This document shows, in pieces, positions 59,798 through 64,000 of a stretch of 64,000 nt of DNA. The stretch comes from Eutreptiella sp. 'Long Island Sound 2002' (Eukaryota > Protista > Euglenida). Under the pieces are notes generated by a model. It worked only from the letters and a program-made list of their open reading frames with translations, had not been told where the DNA came from and did no database searches. The stretch spans positions 158,224,001-158,288,000 of the forward strand of contig OZ038378.1 of assembly GCA_964036045.1 (NCBI GenBank), given 5' to 3'. Made by a program: the position numbers and the translations under genes. Every line of letters begins with the position of its first letter. Position 1 is the stretch's first letter.

Positions 59798-60163
59798 CCC
59801 CCCCCCCCCCTTGTATAAGCTACGCCCTTGTCCAAGCCACAGCGGGTGTAGGGACCGTATTAATTTGGTACCTAATTTGATTCGGTACAAATGCAGTGCG
59901 GCCACGCAAGACATGGGTTTGGTGACAAATTTGCCAGTTACACGGGGTCATGGACACATCTGTTGTGAGTGTTTGCCCACTTGAACCCACATAGCTCTGA
60001 TTTTGGGGATATTTGTGCATTATGTTCCCCTTTCTTGCACCAACTCACCATGCAAACTTCTCTTTTTGAACCCGGGCTTCTACGGCCTTGTCCAAGCTAC
60101 AGTAGGCGTAGGGACCGTATTAATTTGGGACTTTTGCGTAGCTTATACAAGGGGGGGGGGGGG
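59798..60163. mobile_element. TA-flanked MITE, copy 3
   Basis: TIR C13-TTGTATAAGCTACGC and GCGTAGCTTATACAA-G13, with TA at 59796-59797 and 60164-60165. Confidence 0.85.
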
Positions 60164-60929
60164 TACAAGCACCGCTGCTACACCCCGCGGTGCCCCAACC
60201 TCATGGTACTCATTGGCACCCACCTGATGGCAGCCACCCACCGCATGGCACCATTCTCATACCACACCCAGTGTCCACCACATGGCACACATCTCATGGC
60301 CATCTCCTCCTCATACGATTCACCTCATAGCACCCACCTAAGAGCACCCCTTCCGATAGCAACGCGAGCTCCAGCATAAGAAGAAGCGGCTATTGTGCGG
60401 TGTTCACTGACCACACAAAGGCAGGGGCTGGTAGTGGTTGGAAATCACTGCCTTCACTGCTGGTCTAGCGCCAAAACAAACGGCGAAAACATTGCTGCTG
60501 AACCACTGGTTGAAATGGAGGAGCAACAGAGAAGATGGCAAAATGATTGTCCCTCACCATGCCACAGCCCCTGTGCAAGCAGCCCCTGTACTGTTGTGCT
60601 GTTCTATGCAAGCTATGAAGCGATGTGAGAGCTTAGAAGGTACGCTGGTCTACCACACTGGGTTTCTGGTTCTTGTTTCCACCTCAACTTGACACTTCAC
60701 CTTTTTACCTTTTGCATGCCATCATCCTGTACTCATACCACTGACCAAGGGAATTAATCCGATTCTCCTCTTGGTCTCCTCCCCATGCGTCTCTTGTACT
60801 TCCTTTGACCGTGCAACCTGCAACAGCATTTCCTCCTCGCAAGCCATCGCAAGGTGCAACCTGCCAGTGCCCATGGAACCAAAAAGGAATGCCAATGGCA
60901 GCTACATCTGAAAATACAATGGTGTGTGG

Positions 60930-61070
60930 GCAAGCATTTGCGTCACTTGCTCTCTTGTCCTTGTGATGCAAATGCAAGTGGTCAGCAAGGTTCCCATTTC
61001 CCCCGGGCATCATAAAACACTTCCTACAGCACCTGCAATCCACGGGCCTTTTGCAACGCACCCCAATCTA
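60930..61070 (-). pseudogene. Possible BED zinc-finger remnant (transposase N-terminus)
   Basis: CRCCRKCFMMPGGNGNLADHLHLHH resembles the BED C-x2-C...NL..HL...H pattern. No further transposase sequence was recognised. Confidence 0.35.
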
Positions 61071-62969
61071 TCTCACCTCAATCGATATACCCCGGCAAGC
61101 CACCCGGAACAACATTCTGCCATGATTGCCATAGTGCACATGTTTAAATGAATTGAACGCAAAGGGCCTAATGAAAAGGAGGAGGGGGGTTCTGGGAGCC
61201 TCTTTTCCAGACCCCCATGCCGACCACGGGTTGTTGGCCCCCATACGCCGTACCAAAGCTGGTCCTGCTCCCTGGCACATCAAAGTCAGCCCCTTTCATA
61301 CAGCCCGGGGGGGGGGGGGGCGCATGCCGCCAAAAGCGGCATGACTTGAGGGTGGGTGCTGCGGCTTGCCTCGGAAATTTCAACCAGAAAAAAACCTGCA
61401 CAACAGGGGGCTCTGGTGACACATTGATCGCATGGAGCAATGGCACATGCATGAGCCGGGGGCGGAGGTCCAGCGTCATGGGCGCAGCCACAACCGTACG
61501 TACATCCGTTGCTGTTAAAAGGTTGACAACCGTTCAGTTGGACAGTGGTCGGGTCCACAGGGAAATCTTCCACCCGCAAATTGTTGTGGCGAAAGCAGGC
61601 CGAATGTCGTTCTCCTTGGTTTACCGCAAACATCACTGATGCCTCAAGTAGGACATTTACAGTCCAAGCAAAAATTACCCAAGGCAAATATTACCCAAAA
61701 AAAATATTACCCAAAAAAATTACCATAAAATGAAGGTCGTTCTGTTAATTGGTCCTTTGTTTCATTGCAGGCCCCTGTTTGTTGCATGTATTGCTCGTGG
61801 TGGGGTTAGCCGGACTTTGACTGCACGCTAGTGTCTCTCATGCGCCGAATATGTTTGTGATGGTTGTTGGTTGGAGCACTCCACAGCCATTTGTCCGGCC
61901 CTATAACTAAAGCACCAATTGGGCAATCGAAATGTGTTTATCCCTTCGCGTTGTGTTGCATTGCGGCAGGGAAAGGTGGCGTCCCTTTTGCTACTGTACC
62001 AAAAAAATACCAAAAAAAATTAACAAAGAATTGGGGCTTGTTGGCTAATTTTGGCCTGTGGTAATTTTTGCTTTCCGTGTGACAACAATCTAAGTATTAC
62101 CCATTCGGGATTGTCCAACTCACATGGCTGGTTGAAGCCCCTGCATGTCGCACGTGCAACTCTACCCAGACCGTTGCGACCGATTGGCACCAGATCACGC
62201 GTGCGTGGAGGCCCCTTGGGGACTCCTTGCAAATCACCGGGTCGCTGAGGAGTTACCCCGGAATGCGACCTCAACCACCCGACCCACAGCCCTCCTGAAG
62301 CCACCCTCCCAACACAACGTGCGCCAATGGACCTGCCTAACTTGACCAAAGCTGCACCCAAGTCCCACAACAAATACTGATGTTTTTGTAGGTGGGTAAG
62401 CCCCGCCTCCTCTACGCTACGTCCCGCTGAAGGAACTGTGATCCTTACTGGGCCATCTTGGCGGGTCCTGGTGCTTGGCAATAGTTATCATAATGCTTGA
62501 GGCGGGTGAAGACAAGGCCAACATAGACAAATGGAGTCAAATGGATGGTCCATGCCCAGCCAACATTAAAGGATTCCACAGAAAGTGGCGTCTGACGGGG
62601 TCAACAAAACGGTAGCGTAGCCTGCACAAGGGGGCCACATCGGTGGGGAACCATAAAGAAGGGGCGCTGCAGTGCATTGTCCACAGGGCCCTGGTAGTTT
62701 CATTTCCAAGGGTGAATGACTGTACCAGACCCCCATTTCATCTAGGGCAGGGCTTCAGAGCGGTGTCCTCTACTCAGTAGGCGGCCTGAATTGAGCCGTG
62801 GGGAGGGCACAGGCAAAGGCACAGGATATAGAAAGCAGCAGCAGAACATGCACACAACGTGTGCAGAAGAGGGGCACAACGCAGCAAACGCACGGGAGGG
62901 CGTGTGTGGTGTTCGGGGCCCTTCCAAACGGAGGCCACCAACTGGGGGAAACAAACGCACGTGCGCCCG

Positions 62970-62983
62970 CACAAACATACACA

Positions 62984-63017
<34 letters not shown>

Positions 63018-63130
63018 CACACACACCTACACACACCTACATACACACCTACACACACACCTACACACACACCGACACGCGATATACGTAACGAACGGGC
63101 ACCAGCCAAGACGCGCCACACCTACACACA
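62970..63130. repeat. Short degenerate (CA)n / CACACCTA microsatellite
   Basis: Directly visible. Confidence 0.85.
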
Positions 63131-64000
63131 CACTTCGTGACTTCGTGAGGGAAACAGTGAACCAACGACCATGACCAAGCACCAACGGTCCCCAAGAAAA
63201 TTTTGGCTCGCTGCGGCATGCTGCGGCATGCTGCGGCATGCTTCAAGCTGTTGGTTAAGGGTACCAGCATTTTCCGAAAGCGGCACAGGTTTCAAAAACC
63301 AGACCAAAACACACTGAATCACATGCCCTAACCCCCTGCAAATGTCAACACTGCTGAATCAACTCATAAATGGTCGTGTTTCTACTCCTCCTCCTCGGAT
63401 TTTCGTTTCTTGTCCATTTTATTGACATACATGATTGCCAAATGGCGCAACGTCTCATTGCTCATATTGCGACGGTCATGTGTCAGGATGTGTCCCAACA
63501 AACTGAAAGCCCTCTCCACATGACATGCGGAGCGAGGCCTACGGACAAAAAAAACAGCAATGGAGGACAGAATGGGGAACTCCGCGGCCTTCACCTCCCG
63601 GTTGCTTCACATTTTTCCCCAGAACATGGTCCTTCAAGATGGCCCCTTTCGTAGATAACCAAACAGCACAGAGATTGCAATTTAGTTTCCCATTTTGGGA
63701 CTCACCTTGGCTGTCAGTCAGGCTGAGGTGGTCCCCAATACCTTCCCCAATGGCCCACTGCAAACAATCTGCTGTACTCTTGGTTGTCTCCTTGTTCCTT
63801 GAGGATTTCTGAGACTCCTGCGACCCCTGTGATGCCTCGGTAATTTGAGTATCCTCAGGACTTGACATGTCAAAACAACACCAAAAAAGCGAAGGTCTGT
63901 GCAACAATAGAGAGGAACTGACATGTCAAAACAACACCAAAAAAGCGAAGGTCTGTGCAACAATAGAGAGGAACTGACAGGCAAAAAATTGCCCTTTCCA
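63130..64000 (-). mobile_element. Internally deleted hAT transposon (N-terminal Zn-finger-like segment next to the C-terminal dimerisation domain); runs off the window
   Basis: EFPILSSIAVFFVRRPRSACHVERAFSLLGHILTHDRRNMSNETL (63382-63594) is the hAT dimerisation motif. CNLCAVWLSTKGAILKDH lies immediately upstream. A 56-bp tandem duplication spans 63863-63974. Confidence 0.75.

Overview
Repeat-dense eukaryotic nuclear DNA; the taxon cannot be established from this window. All host genes lie on the minus strand. One is an uninterrupted ~1585-aa four-domain (4x6TM) cation channel (33138-37895) with an unusual N-E-A-E pore signature and charge-poor S4 segments. The other is a probable two-exon C2-domain plus catalytically dead rhomboid gene (exons 59705-59289 and 54736-53846). 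The dominant structure is a ~22-kb array (8.4-30.5 kb) in which long (CA)n tracts alternate with retroelements that all share one orientation and junction phase. It holds two full-length, >99% identical 8570-bp non-LTR retrotransposons (orphan ORF1; ORF2 with Zn ribbon, APE, RT, RNase H and CCHC) and shorter relatives with different 3' tandem tails. One relative is clearly homologous at the 3' end, including a GU tract complementary to the target. ORF1 and ORF2 are in frame and separated by UGA-CUA, a known readthrough context. A second, poly(A)-tailed LINE family includes a twin-priming-type 5'-inverted insertion with a 20-bp TSD (41973-45690). The rest is nested PIF/Harbinger-like, hAT and TA-flanked MITEs, transposase fossils and minisatellites. 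No rRNA, tRNA or CRISPR array was recognised.
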